Shown piece by piece: positions 11,288 to 24,356 of a DNA stretch of 64,000 nt. The stretch comes from Nitrospirota bacterium (GTDB lineage: Bacteria; Nitrospirota; JACRHJ01). The position numbers and the translations under genes were made by a program. Numbering within the stretch: position 1 is the first letter of the stretch; each line of letters begins with the position of its first letter. Where the stretch lies: assembly GCA_963733375.1 (NCBI GenBank), contig CAVTDB010000026.1:256001-320000 (forward strand), written 5' to 3'. The notes beneath the pieces were generated by a model that was not told the DNA's origin, did no database searches, and was given only the letters and a program-made list of their open reading frames with translations.

Positions 11288-12235
11288 ACAGCCCCCGAAA
11301 GTTCCAGCACAAGCCGTTCCACAATCAGCCTCGGCGGCACGGGAGACCCCTTAAGGTCCCTGTCCGCCTTCTGGAATAAGCCGAAAGCGCGGACGGCGTC
11401 ATCTTCCGATATCGTCCTCGCGGGGGCTTTCTGCCCCTTAAACCCGCCCTCGTCGCCCGCGGACATCTTACGCCAATGGCCCGCGAGTATCGCAAGGAGC
11501 TTCAGCGGCTCCTCGCCGTCCCGGAGGAGCTTCTCCAGCGTCTCTATCGCTTTCGACGCATCCTTCGCCGCCGCCGCGTCCGCCAGCTCGAACACCGCCG
11601 GGAGGCCGAAATCCCCCACCGACTCCTTAACGTCCTCCTCCTTCACGCGGCGTCTTTCGCCAAGGAGGTTAAAGACCTTGTTAAGCTCCGCCTCTATCAG
11701 GGCGAGGTTGCCGGAAAGGGTCTCCGCGAGGTATAAAACCGCGCCCCGGTCAATAGTCGAAGCCGTTTGCCCTGACTAACCTCTGGACCAGGTCCGGTAT
11801 TTCATAATCCCGGGGCCGCCAGAAATGGACGTAGACGCCATCGTCCGGGAGTAACTCCGAGAGGGTCCGCTCTTTCGAGCGTTCCGCGCCCATTGCTATC
11901 ATTACCAGGACACAGTCCGGGGAAGGCGATTTAAGATACTCCTTGAGCCCCCCCAGGTCCCGGAGCTTATCCGCCTCTTTCAGCACCACCAGACGCCTCT
12001 CGGCCATCATCGGAAGAGTGGACGCCTGCGCCGCGACCTCTGACGCCTTCGTGTCTTTTCCGTAGAAGACATCGAGGTTGAAATCCCTCGGAGCGCCGGC
12101 CAGGGCCTTCTCCGTGATGGCTTCCAGCGCCCTGTCCGCGAAATAAAGCTCCTCCCCCGTAAGGAGATATACCGTTGCGAGCGGGCCTTTCTCCAGGTGG
12201 TCGAACAGGGCCTTATGGTTGATTGATTTCTTCAT
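11284..12235 (-). CDS. holA: DNA polymerase III delta subunit (frameshifted near 11650-11760)
   Basis: YLLTGEE and TLPMMAERRLV; leuS-lptE-holA synteny. Confidence 0.88.
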
Positions 12236-12747
12236 CAGAAAATATCCAGCACCCTTATTATGAATTCGTCCGCGAAATTCTTCGAGGCGTATTTGATAGC
12301 CTCTTCCCGGCGGATTTTGCTTTTTGTAATGTCCACGGTTACCCGGTAATCGGCGTAGGACACGAAATCGTCTTCCTTCCAGAGCACCTTCCCGGATTTA
12401 ATATCCGAGACCTTCACGTCCATGTGCAGCTTCAGGCGGTATTCGAGTACCCTGTCGCTCGGGTCGTAAGACAGCGGCACGAGTTCCATTCTCGCCACCC
12501 TGCCCTTCACGAGTATATCCTCGTCCCCGCTATCCGTAAGGACCCAGCGCCCGTCCAGGGCTATATCCTCTTTCAGCGCTTCCGTCACGTCCTTCTCGAC
12601 CAGCGGCGCCCATGAGTCGTTCACGAACAGCGGGATGGAGACCTTGTATTTTCCGGCGCCCTTTCCGGTCACGGTGCCGGTCCTGGCGAGCTGATAGCCG
12701 CAGGCGGGCAGGGTCAACAGTAAAATTATGCAGAACAATTTTTTCAT
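12235..12747 (-). CDS. lptE: LPS assembly lipoprotein LptE
   Basis: Lipobox LPAC followed by GY; position between leuS and holA. Confidence 0.85.
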   Translation of the reverse strand: MKKLFCIILLLTLPACGYQLARTGTVTGKGAGKYKVSIPLFVNDSWAPLVEKDVTEALKEDIALDGRWVLTDSGDEDILVKGRVARMELVPLSYDPSDRVLEYRLKLHMDVKVSDIKSGKVLWKEDDFVSYADYRVTVDITKSKIRREEAIKYASKNFADEFIIRVLDIF

Positions 12748-12756
12748 GTAGAGAGC

Positions 12757-15291
<2,535 letters not shown>

Positions 15292-15399
15292 AAGGACGGA
15301 AAACCTCCGGGAGTCATCTGCTAGTAAAACAAAACAGTATAATTTACCATTTTAAGAATTTGTAGGCAAGGGGAAAGAGGAGGAATGCACCCAGGGAAT

Positions 15400-16590
15400 T
15401 ATAAAAATGCGGGCTTTCAAATAAATAATCGTTGATGAAAGGCGATGTGGGAAAGGGAAAAGGCGGCAATTCATCAATATGAGTCTTTAAGTTTCAACGC
15501 ATGACAGATATGTACCAATATCAATTAAATTCTGCAAAAGAGATAAAGTCGTCTTTAAATCAATTTGCATGGCTAACTCTTATGTTAGATAAAATTAAAA
15601 TCCTACTTTTACCTTTTAAAAATGACGTTTCGAAAAACCCCTCTTTGATCCCCTAAACAGCACATAGAGTGGAAAAACACATGTTTTTGAACCATAAGGA
15701 TATTACTTCCAGTTAACACTTCAGATATAGCGGTTATTAAAAATTGGATGGCTTTGCCGGCTAATCAGAAGGCATTTCAAGATTGAACTTTTAGAATGAG
15801 GTAGTTCTTTTACCTAAAAAATAGCAGAAAATAGGTTGAATCAAATAAAACAGAAAAGTGCATATATTACGACATTTATCGGACATAATATTGATGATTT
15901 TAACTAATAAAACCTTTAAGATGGTTTTTATTGTTGACTGTGGGTTGGATTATTCATCAGCCAATTTGGCTGCTCGGTTTCGGAATTATTTTTAGATCAA
16001 TGGATCATTACAAGGCCTTATGAAGAAGTTTTTGACGTTACTTAACTGGTTTCAAGCAATTTTAATTTTATCTTCTTCTCTATTGGCTTTATTATTCTTT
16101 CCTTTTGATTTGGGGTTAATGAAGATCCGGAAACAATGTAAGAGATTTTTTGATGTTAATTTCAACAGTGTAATGTAACTTAATATTGAGTATACTGAGC
16201 GCTTTATTTGTGCTCATAAAAAATCGAAAATGAAAACAAAAAGGAAGAGAAGATACACATTTATTACACAGGCGGAATGATTTATTACAATTTCTCATAT
16301 GTGTCGTTATTATTCTTTCTAATTGCTTAATAGGCCTCTTTGTAAATTTTGAGTTCTCAAAATCTCGATTTAGTTGCGGACAATCTTATTGTATCAAAAG
16401 AATATTTAGTACATTTAATTGAAAAGAAGCAGTACAATTCTATTTGGCACTATTCTTTCAATTAGTTGGCTTGTTCTTTGGTTTAACATGTTATGACAGC
16501 ATATATGATGCTTATAGAAACTGGTAAGATAACGCCAAATTTTCTTAAAGAGCTTAAAAACCGCGGAAGAGAACGAACAAAAAGGTAAAA
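15400..16590. other. AT-rich islet lacking intact ORFs (degraded or error-rich foreign gene)
   Basis: Abrupt visible drop in GC relative to both flanks; no ORF longer than about 60 aa; hydrophobic coding-like fragments on the + strand. Confidence 0.6.
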
Positions 16591-16597
16591 ATATCAA

Positions 16598-18039
16598 ATG
16601 ACCTCACAAAATCCTAATAGTTGACGACGACGAATCTATACGGTTTGTCCTGAACAAGACCCTCAAGAAGGAGGGCTACGAGGTCCAGGAGGCGAAGGAC
16701 GGCGTTGCCGGGCTGGCCCTCCTGAAGAAGGGACAGTTCCCGCTGGCGTTCATGGACATAAGGATGCCGGGGCTGGACGGCCTGTCTGTGCTTGAAGCAG
16801 ATGAAAGAGGCGGAGGTCGATACCTGCGTGATAATGATGACCGCCCAGGGCACTATGAGCACCGCTATCGAGGCCATGAAGCTGGGCGCGTTCGACTACA
16901 TAACGAAGCCCTTCGACGTGGAAGAGGTGAAGCTTCTGGCGGCTCGCGCGATGGACAACCGGGCGATGGTCGCGGAAGTGGAGAGCCTGAAGGCGTCGCT
17001 TAGGGAGCGATACGAGGTCGGGCAGATAATCGGCCAGGCGCCATCGATGCGCGAGATATTCAAGGACGTCGGGCGCGTTTCCGGTACGGACGTGACGGTG
17101 CTTATCACCGGGGAGTCCGGCACCGGCAAGGAGCTTATCGCGCGTGCGATACACGCGCACAGTAAGCGCGTCGCGGGGCCGTACGTGGTCGTGAACTCGG
17201 CGGCGATACCACGGGAGCTGATGGAGTCCGAGCTGTTCGGGCACGAGAAGGGGGCGTTCACCGGCGCGGTTGCCCGGAAGATAGGCAAGTTCGAGCAGGC
17301 GTCCGGCGGGACCCTTTTCCTGGACGAGATAGGGGACATGGACTTGAACCTTCAGGCGAAGCTGCTGCGCGCGCTGCAGGAGAGGGAGTTCGAGCGCGTC
17401 GGCTCCACCGAGACCATAAAGGCGGACGTGCGGATAATCGCGGCGACGCACGTAGAGCTTGAGGATGCGGTGAGCGAGGGGAAATTCCGCGAGGACCTCT
17501 TCTACCGCCTGAACGTGGTGAGCCTGCACCTGCCCCCCTTAAGGCAAAGGAAAGAAGATATTCCGGCGCTCGCGGAGCATTTCCTCGATAAGACCTCGCA
17601 GGAACTCGGCGCGCCGAAGAAGAGGCTGACGCCGAAGGCGCTGAAGCGGTTGATGGAGTACGAGTGGCCGGGAAATGTGCGGGAGCTGGAGAACTGCATA
17701 AAACGCGCTGTCGTGCTGTCGAGTTCGCTGGCCATCCTCCCGGAGGACGTGGAAGTCCTGATGAAGGGGGAGAAGGACGGCATAACGATAACCGACGGCA
17801 TAACCTTCGAAGGGCTCCTGGAAGAGCGGATACATTCGTTCCTGAAGAAGAACAAGAAGCTGGATAAGAGCGACCTCTACGACTCGGTAATCGCGCTGGT
17901 CGAGAGGCCGCTTATTATGAGCGCGCTTTCCGAGACGAATTACAACCAGTTGAAAGCAGCGGAGCTGCTCGGCATAAACCGGAACACACTTCGGAAAAAA
18001 ATATTCGAACTGCGCATACCGAACAAAAAAAACCCTTGA
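16598..18039 (+). CDS. Sigma54-dependent response regulator, NtrC/AtoC family (REC-AAA+-Fis HTH), frameshifts near 16603 and 16795
   Basis: KILIVDDD...DIRMPGLDG, GESGTGKE, GAFTGA, WPGNVREL and AAELLGINRNTLRKK. Confidence 0.92.
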
Positions 18040-18064
18040 CAACCGGGCATCCGTGAGAGATACT
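18036..18064 (+). promoter_or_regulatory. Sigma70-type promoter of hup
   Basis: TTGACA-17 nt-GATACT. Confidence 0.6.
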
Positions 18065-18126
18065 GCACCATCAATTTTACAGGCAATTATCAGTAATTCG
18101 ATTTTTAAGAGAAAGGAGGATTACAA

Positions 18127-18399
18127 ATGACAAAAGCGGAAATGATCGAAAAAATGGCGGACTCTGCCGACATCAGCAAGGCGGCCGCCGGTAAGGCTCT
18201 CGCTGCCTGTCTTGACAGCGTTAAGGTTTCCCTTAAGAAAGGTCAGAAAGTATCCTTGGTTGGTTTCGGCACATTTTCTGTTACGAAAAGGAAGGCGAGA
18301 AAGGGCAGGAACCCGAAGACCGGCGAAACGATAAAAATCGCCGCCGCGAAGGTGCCCAAGTTCTCCGCAGGCAAAGGTTTAAAGGATGCCTTAAAGTAA
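18127..18399 (+). CDS. hup: DNA-binding protein HU
   Basis: GFGTF...GRNPKTGE...[10 protein letters not shown]. Confidence 0.97.
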   Translation: MTKAEMIEKMADSADISKAAAGKALAACLDSVKVSLKKGQKVSLVGFGTFSVTKRKARKGRNPKTGETIKIAAAKVPKFSAGKGLKDALK

Positions 18400-18454
18400 G
18401 TCGGCGCAGCTCAAGCGGTGAGGCGGTCCAGAGGAGACGGTTTCTTGTTTTATG

Positions 18455-18485
18455 AGGGGGGCAGTTTTAAGCCCCCCTTTTTTTT
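18455..18485 (+). terminator. Intrinsic terminator after hup
   Basis: AGGGGGGC/GCCCCCCT stem followed by a T run. Confidence 0.85.
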
Positions 18486-18572
18486 AATCCTTTTTTATCT
18501 AGTCTGTCCGGGTTCGACCGGAGGGGGGCGTATCGACGCGAAACGCAATTTCAGTTGTCAATTTTTATATAC

Positions 18573-18602
18573 TTGACAAACGGGCCGCTTTAAATTTAGA
18601 AT
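18573..18602 (+). promoter_or_regulatory. Promoter of tRNA-Val
   Basis: TTGACA-18 nt-TAGAAT. Confidence 0.7.
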
Positions 18603-18621
18603 CTGCTCCTGCACGGACTGA

Positions 18622-18696
18622 AGGCGCGTAGCTCAGGGGGAGAGCGCTTGCTTGACACGCAAGAGGTCGGCGGTTCGAAACCGCCCGCGCCTACCA
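18622..18696 (+). tRNA. tRNA-Val(GAC)
   Basis: Acceptor stem AGGCGCG/CGCGCCT, anticodon arm CTTGC-TTGACAC-GCAAG, GGTTCGAA T-loop, encoded CCA. Confidence 0.96.
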
Positions 18697-18716
18697 TTCC
18701 AACCGTATGAAAAAGC

Positions 18717-18745
18717 TTGACAACGGACCCCTTTGCTGATACCTT
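18717..18745 (+). promoter_or_regulatory. Promoter of thrS
   Basis: TTGACA-17 nt-TACCTT with TG extension. Confidence 0.65.
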
Positions 18746-18886
18746 TGAACAGGTATCGACGCTAAGGCGGTTTCGCGGATTTATTTTAACCTTGGGGTAT
18801 TTTCAGTTGTACAATTCTTAATTTTGTTTAGGCGTCATTGAAAGGTACCCCTTTTGGTGATGCCTTTTTTAATTTCGGGGAAAAGT

Positions 18887-20837
18887 TTGCCTACCATACA
18901 GATTACATTGCCTGACGGCACTAAAAAAGAGATGGAGAAAGGCCAGACAGCGGCCGACCTCGCGGCGATGATAGGCAGCGGACTGAAGAAAGCCGCGCTG
19001 GCCGCGGAGGTCAACGGCGCGAAAGTGGACTTAAGACTGCCGGTCGAAGAAGACGCACAGGTGAATATAATCACCTTCGACTCTCCCGACGGGAAAGAAG
19101 TGTACCGCCACAGCGCGTCGCATATCATGGCCCAGGCGGTCAAGGAGCTGTACCCGGAGGCGAAGGCCACGATAGGCCCGGCCATCGAAGACGGCTTCTA
19201 TTACGACTTCGATTTTGAACGCGGGTTTCACGCCCGAGGACCTTGAGAAGATAGAGAAACGGATGGCCGAGATAATCAAGGCCAACAAGCCGTTCGTCCG
19301 CAAGGAGATGCCGAAGGCGGAAGCGGCCCGGCTCTTCGACGAGATGGGGGAGCCGTATAAAGTTGAAATTATAAACGAGCTGGAGGCGGATACCGTATCT
19401 CTTTACGACCAGGACGGCTTCACGGACCTCTGCCGCGGCCCTCACGTCCCGTCCACCGGCTATATAAAGGCATTCAAGCTTTTAAACTCCGCGGGCGCGT
19501 ACTGGCGCGGGGACGAGCATAACAAAATGCTCCAGCGGATATACGGGACGGCATGGCAGGACAAGGAACAGCTTAAGTCATACCTCGACCGTCTGGAAGA
19601 GATCAAGAGGCGGGACCACAGGAAGCTGGGCCGCGAGCTGGAGCTTTTCTCCCACGAGGAGGAGACCGGCGCGGGGTTGATACTCTGGCACCCGAAAGGG
19701 GCGACGGTGCGCCGCGTGATAGAGGACTTCTGGAAGGCGGAGCACGTGAGCGGCGGGTACGAACTGGTCTATACCCCGCACATGGCGAAGCTCGACATCT
19801 GGAGGAAGAGCGGCCACTGGGACTTCTACCGGGAAAGCATGTTCTCCCCGATGGAAGTGGAAGGGCAGGAGTACGAGATCAAGCCGATGAACTGCCCGTT
19901 CCATATCGCGATATACAAGTCGAAGAAGCGCAGCTACCGCGACCTGCCGATCCGTTTGGCGGAACTGGGGACGGTCTATCGCTTCGAGCGCTCCGGGGCG
20001 CTTCACGGGCTTATGCGGGTACGCGGCTTTACGCAGGACGACGCCCACATATTCTGCACCCCGGATAAGCTCCAGGACGAGATATTCAGTGTCCTGGACT
20101 TCACGCTGTTCGTGCTCCGGACTTTTGGCTTTTCGGACTACGAAATATATCTCTCGACCCAGCCGGAGAAGTCCGTCGGTACGCAGGAGAACTGGGACAG
20201 GGCGACCGAGGCGCTTAAGAGCGCGCTGGAGAGCTAAAAATTTAACTTACAGCATAGACCCGGGCGAAGGCGTGTTCTACGGGCCGAAGATAGACATCAA
20301 AATAAAAGACGTCCTCGGGCGTTCATGGCAGTGCACCACCGTCCAGGTGGACTTCAACCTGCCTGAGCGTTTCGGGGTCGAATATATCGGGGAGGACGGG
20401 AACGTCCACCAGCCGATAATGGTGCACCGTGCGCTCATGGGCTCCCTGGAGCGCTTTTTCGGGGTGCTTATCGAGCATTATGCCGGGGCGTTCCCGGTAT
20501 GGCTCGCGCCCGTGCAGGCCAGGATATGCACGATTACGGACAGGCAGGACGAATACGCGAAGAAGGCGGCGCAGGAACTTCGAGCCGCCGGAGTCAGCGC
20601 CGAGGCGGATACCAGGAATGAGAAGATAGGGTTCAAAATCCGGGAGGCGACCCTCCAGAAAATTCCGTATATACTCGTAGTAGGGGACAATGGAGGTCGA
20701 AGGGCGGAAATGTTAACGTGAGATTCCGTAACGAAGCAGAACCCTCGATCGGTACACCCAAGAGTGTGCTCATGACCAAAGCGGAGTTTATAGACAGGAT
20801 TAAAAAAGTTATAGAAGAAAAAAGTTTGAAACTATAA
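18887..20837 (+). CDS. thrS: Threonine--tRNA ligase (several frameshifts)
   Basis: TGS domain, [37 protein letters not shown] and WLAPVQ. Confidence 0.96.
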
Positions 20838-20851
20838 TTTATGTTTTATTA

Positions 20852-20928
20852 TCCGGCTTTTCTTTGGTACTTTCTTTTCACCTACGAAAAGAAAGTACGA
20901 ACTTTCTTTTCACCTGAAAAGAAAGTAC
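20852..20928 (+). repeat. Pyrimidine-mirror/purine hairpin element (intrastrand triplex-like), with a tandem second hairpin
   Basis: TCCGGC-TTTTCTTT-GGTAC-TTTCTTTT-loop-AAAAGAAA-GTAC, hairpin repeated at 20901-20928; homologous to 42999-43043. Confidence 0.8.
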
Positions 20929-20961
20929 GAACTTTAACAACGAATAACCAGGAGGACAGTC

Positions 20962-21477
20962 ATAGGAAAACCCACGACGAGAATTAACCGTGAGATACGG
21001 GTGCGTGAAGTAAGGGTTATAGCGGACGACGGCGCGCAGCTTGGGATACTGCCGATACTCGATGCCGTCAAGGCGGCGGAGGAAAGAGGGCTCGACTTAG
21101 TCGAGGTCGCCCCGCTCGCGGAGCCGCCAGTCTGCAAGATTATGGACTTCGGCAAGTACAAGTACGAGCAGGCCAAGAAAGCCCATGAGAGCAAGAAAAA
21201 CCAGAAGATAGTGCAGTTGAAGGAGGTCAAGATGCGTCCCGGCACGGACGTGCACGACTATACCTTCAAGCTGAACAACGCCAAGAGGTTCCTGGAGGAA
21301 GGCAACAAAGTAAAGGTTACGGTAGTGTTCCGCGGCAGAGAGATGGCGCATACCGACCTTGGAAGCGTCCTTTTGAACAAGGTCGTGGCGGACATTCAGG
21401 AAGCCGGCAACATAGAGCAGATGCCGAAACAGGAAGGCCGGGCGCTGTCAATGGTAATTGCCCCAAAGTCTTCTTGA
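20962..21477 (+). CDS. infC: Translation initiation factor IF-3 (probable ATA start)
   Basis: RINREIR...LDLVEV...PPVCKIMDFGKYKY; SD GGAGG at 20951-20955 and in-frame ATA at 20962. Confidence 0.95.
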   Translation: MGKPTTRINREIRVREVRVIADDGAQLGILPILDAVKAAEERGLDLVEVAPLAEPPVCKIMDFGKYKYEQAKKAHESKKNQKIVQLKEVKMRPGTDVHDYTFKLNNAKRFLEEGNKVKVTVVFRGREMAHTDLGSVLLNKVVADIQEAGNIEQMPKQEGRALSMVIAPKSS

Positions 21478-21502
21478 CAAACGTTTTTTAATAGTGTACC
21501 CT
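21474..21502 (+). promoter_or_regulatory. Internal promoter for rpmI-rplT
   Basis: TTGACA-17 nt-TACCCT; AATACCCC/GGGGTATT hairpin follows. Confidence 0.55.
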
Positions 21503-21638
21503 GCTCAGACTCAATACCCCGGGGTGTGGGGTATTATTTTTGGGCAGAGCCTTTTTACATACAAGACGCGGGCTGGATAATAAAAACGGGCTGGATTATA
21601 AATTTGTCTTACCAGAAGATGGCAGGGGGGGTATTGTA

Positions 21639-21842
21639 ATGGCGGGCTATAAGCTGAAGACGCACAAGGGCGCGGCGAAGCGTTTTAAGTTCACCGCATC
21701 GGGCAGGGTCAAGAACGGCAAGGCATTCGCGAGCCATCTTTTGACTTCCAAATCCGCGGGCAGGATGCGCAAGCTGTCCATGGTAGCCTATGCGGACAAG
21801 ACCAACGAAACGAAGCTGAAGAGGCTCCTTCCATATAAATAA
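21639..21842 (+). CDS. rpmI: 50S ribosomal protein L35
   Basis: KLKTHKGAAKRFK...HLL...LLPY; start ATG 21639. Confidence 0.95.
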   Translation: MAGYKLKTHKGAAKRFKFTASGRVKNGKAFASHLLTSKSAGRMRKLSMVAYADKTNETKLKRLLPYK

Positions 21843-21883
21843 AGGCGGGCCGCCTGACCTAAATATTAAAGAGGAGATTTACA

Positions 21884-22246
21884 ATGCCGAGGGCAAAAAG
21901 AGGTTTTAAAGCCAGGAGACGCAGGAACAAGGTCCTCAAACTGGCGAAAGGTTATTACGGGGGCAGAAGCCGCCTGTTCAGGACAGCAACCGAGGCGGTT
22001 GACCGCGGCCTCAAGTATGCGTACAGGGACAGGCGCGTTAAGAAAAGGACCTTCCGTGGCATCTGGATAGCCCGCATCAATGCGGCTGCAAGGATGAACG
22101 ATATCACTTATAGCCTGCTCATGCACGGGTTGAAACTCGCCGGGATCGAACTGGACCGTAAGGTATTGGCCGAGATGGCAGTGTCCGACCCCGCAGGTTT
22201 TACAAAGGTCGTGGAAAGCGCGAAGCAGTTCGCCAAAGCCTCCTGA
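21884..22246 (+). CDS. rplT: 50S ribosomal protein L20
   Basis: [21 protein letters not shown] and LDRKVLA. Confidence 0.98.
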   Translation: MPRAKRGFKARRRRNKVLKLAKGYYGGRSRLFRTATEAVDRGLKYAYRDRRVKKRTFRGIWIARINAAARMNDITYSLLMHGLKLAGIELDRKVLAEMAVSDPAGFTKVVESAKQFAKAS

Positions 22247-22268
22247 AAATAACCTGAAGTATTGTCTC

Positions 22269-22310
22269 AAATACCTGCGTCTAACCTACCGTTGACGCAG
22301 GTATTTTTAT
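22269..22310 (+). terminator. Intrinsic terminator after rplT
   Basis: AAATACCTGCGTC/GACGCAGGTATTT stem plus T tract. Confidence 0.85.
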
Positions 22311-22325
22311 TTATTTGTTCGGCTG

Positions 22326-23469
22326 ATGAAGAGAGGTTGTAATCCCTTGAAGCCGGTAAGCGCTGTCAGGTGCCGGGCCTACGAGAAAGATCTAATCGAC
22401 ACAGCCGTGAGAAGGGCAGTGGGCCTGTTGGGCGGGATGGAAAAATTCATCCGCCCGGGCGCGCGCGTCCTGATCAAGCCGAACATGCTGGCGGCAAAAT
22501 CCCCGGATAAGGCGGTAACGACGCATCCGGAGGTGGTACGGGCGGCGGTCCGGATGGTCGATCGAGGCCGGAGGGACTCCGGTTATAGGAGACTCCGGCG
22601 CGATAGGCTCTTTTAAAAGGATTGCCGAGGTTACGGGCATTGCGAAGGTCGCCTTTGATGAGGGCGCGGCTTTAGTCGAACTCTCCGAGGCGTCAAAAGT
22701 CCAGGGGACCGGCACCTTCAGGCATTTCGAAATATCCAGTGAAGTCCTCAAGGCGGACGCTGTAATCAACCTCCCCAAGGCCAAGACCCACGGCCAGATG
22801 CTTCTCACCCTCGCTGTAAAAAACCTCTTCGGATGCATCCCCGGCAGGCGTAAGGCCCAGTGGCACTTGAAAACCGGCGTGGACAAAAGCGCGTTTGCCG
22901 CCATGCTTGTCGAGCTTCACGGCCTTATTAAGCCTGCCCTGTCAATTGTGGACGCGGTGGTGAGCATGGACGGGAACGGACCGGGGAGCGGCAGGCCGCG
23001 CGAGACGGGGTTCATCGTCGCCGGGGAAGACGCGTTCGCGGTGGATTACATGCTTTGCAGGTTCTTTGGAGTCGATCCCCATAAGCTCCCGACCTTGAAG
23101 GCCGCGCGGGAGAAGGGGCTTTGGCCTGAGAAGCCGGAGATAGAGCTTCTGGGAGATTTTGAAAAACCGGAAGACGCCGGGGTCAAAAATTTTAAACTCC
23201 CGCCGGGGACGCACCTCGAATGGACGATCCCGGAGCCGGCAAGGAAGCTCCTCAAGGAAGCGCTGACCACAAAGCCCAGGGTAGATAAATTAAAGTGCGA
23301 GCTGTGCCTGATGTGCGCGGATATGTGCCCGGCAAAGGCCATCAAAAGGACCGATGCGGGACTCACTATGGACTACCGCCAGTGCATACGCTGTTTCTGC
23401 TGCCAGGAAGTCTGCCCCGTCGGCGCGATAGACGTGGTCGAGGGCTGGCTGCTGAAATACATCAGCTGA
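22326..23469 (+). CDS. DUF362 domain protein with C-terminal 2x[4Fe-4S] ferredoxin (frameshift near 22560)
   Basis: VLIKPN...TTHPEV, NLPKAKTH, KNLFG and GNGPGSG; CELCLMCADMCP and CIRCFCCQEVCP. Confidence 0.87.
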
Positions 23470-24178
23470 TTATCTTCACGTAAATTTCCGCCGCTATATC
23501 GATATCGAGCGCAAGCTCCGTCTCGCCCGCCCTGATAACGAACGCAGGTTTCTTCTGGTGCAGGACTATCTCCGTACCGGGCACAATGCCCAGAGTGGAA
23601 AGCCGGTCCATCCTGCCGTGGTCGCGGGGCGAGATGAACGTGATGCGGGCGCGGTTTCCGGGCTCCAGGTCTTTCATCGGCATAACGAGCGGGCGTATAT
23701 GATGGGCGAGCTTTTTACAGCAGGACCCGCGCGGGATGGGTTTTCCGTGCGGGCAGGTGGGCGGGTGGCCAAGGAAAGAACAGACCGAGTCGGTGACCTC
23801 GGGGCTCAGGATATGTTCGAACCGGCAGGCGGAGCTTTTTATCTCCATCGGCCCCAGCGCGAATACCTCGGAAAGCAATTTCTCGGCTAACCTTTTCCTT
23901 CGGATTACGTTCATGGCGCTCTCACGCCCGGTCACGCTGAAAGATACCTCGTCGCCATCGAGCAGAAGGTCTCCCTTGGACACCATATAGGCGATTACGG
24001 CCTCCGCTTTGGACAGGCTGTCGATATGCCCCTCCTCGACGACGAAATCGGATATGACCTGTTTCTTGTTCTTCTTCCCCTTGCCCATCTCTTCCAGCAG
24101 CCACAGGGACTCCAGAAATTCGTCCGTTATCTCGGCGGTCACCGTGAAACCCGCATCCGATGCCCTTCTATGCGGCAT
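23462..24178 (-). CDS. DtxR/MntR-family metal-dependent regulator fused to a FeoA (SH3-like) domain
   Basis: RRKRLAEKLL, ACRFEH and PPTCPHGKPIP; C-terminal RLSTLGIVPGTEI FeoA motif. Confidence 0.87.
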   Translation of the reverse strand: MPHRRASDAGFTVTAEITDEFLESLWLLEEMGKGKKNKKQVISDFVVEEGHIDSLSKAEAVIAYMVSKGDLLLDGDEVSFSVTGRESAMNVIRRKRLAEKLLSEVFALGPMEIKSSACRFEHILSPEVTDSVCSFLGHPPTCPHGKPIPRGSCCKKLAHHIRPLVMPMKDLEPGNRARITFISPRDHGRMDRLSTLGIVPGTEIVLHQKKPAFVIRAGETELALDIDIAAEIYVKIIS

Positions 24179-24356
24179 GTTTATTTCTCCTTTTGATGAT
24201 TTTTTTTAACAGCTCCAGCGTGGAGGATTTTTCTATATATTTATAACCGCAGTGAGGACAGCATAATGTGCCCTTGCCGCAGTTGACCGGGCAGGAGGCG
24301 CATTTGTTATCCGCGCTTTTTTCAAACTTATAACCGCACAGCGGGCAGGTCTTCAT
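24168..24356 (-). CDS. Small Cys-rich FeoB-associated protein
   Basis: CPLC...CASCPVNC...CCPHC; overlaps the feoB stop. Confidence 0.75.
   Translation of the reverse strand: MKTCPLCGYKFEKSADNKCASCPVNCGKGTLCCPHCGYKYIEKSSTLELLKKIIKRRNKHAA

Noticed and set aside
18750-18886. T-box riboswitch before thrS
   Set aside because: The leader is short, and no T-box or specifier-loop motifs were recognisable.
20852-20935. CRISPR mini-array
   Set aside because: Only two abutting palindromic units, with no unique spacers and no cas genes.
21569-21602. CGGGCTGGATWATAAA direct repeat upstream of rpmI
   Set aside because: It cannot be told apart from the other short duplication artefacts in this assembly, and it matches no motif I recognise.
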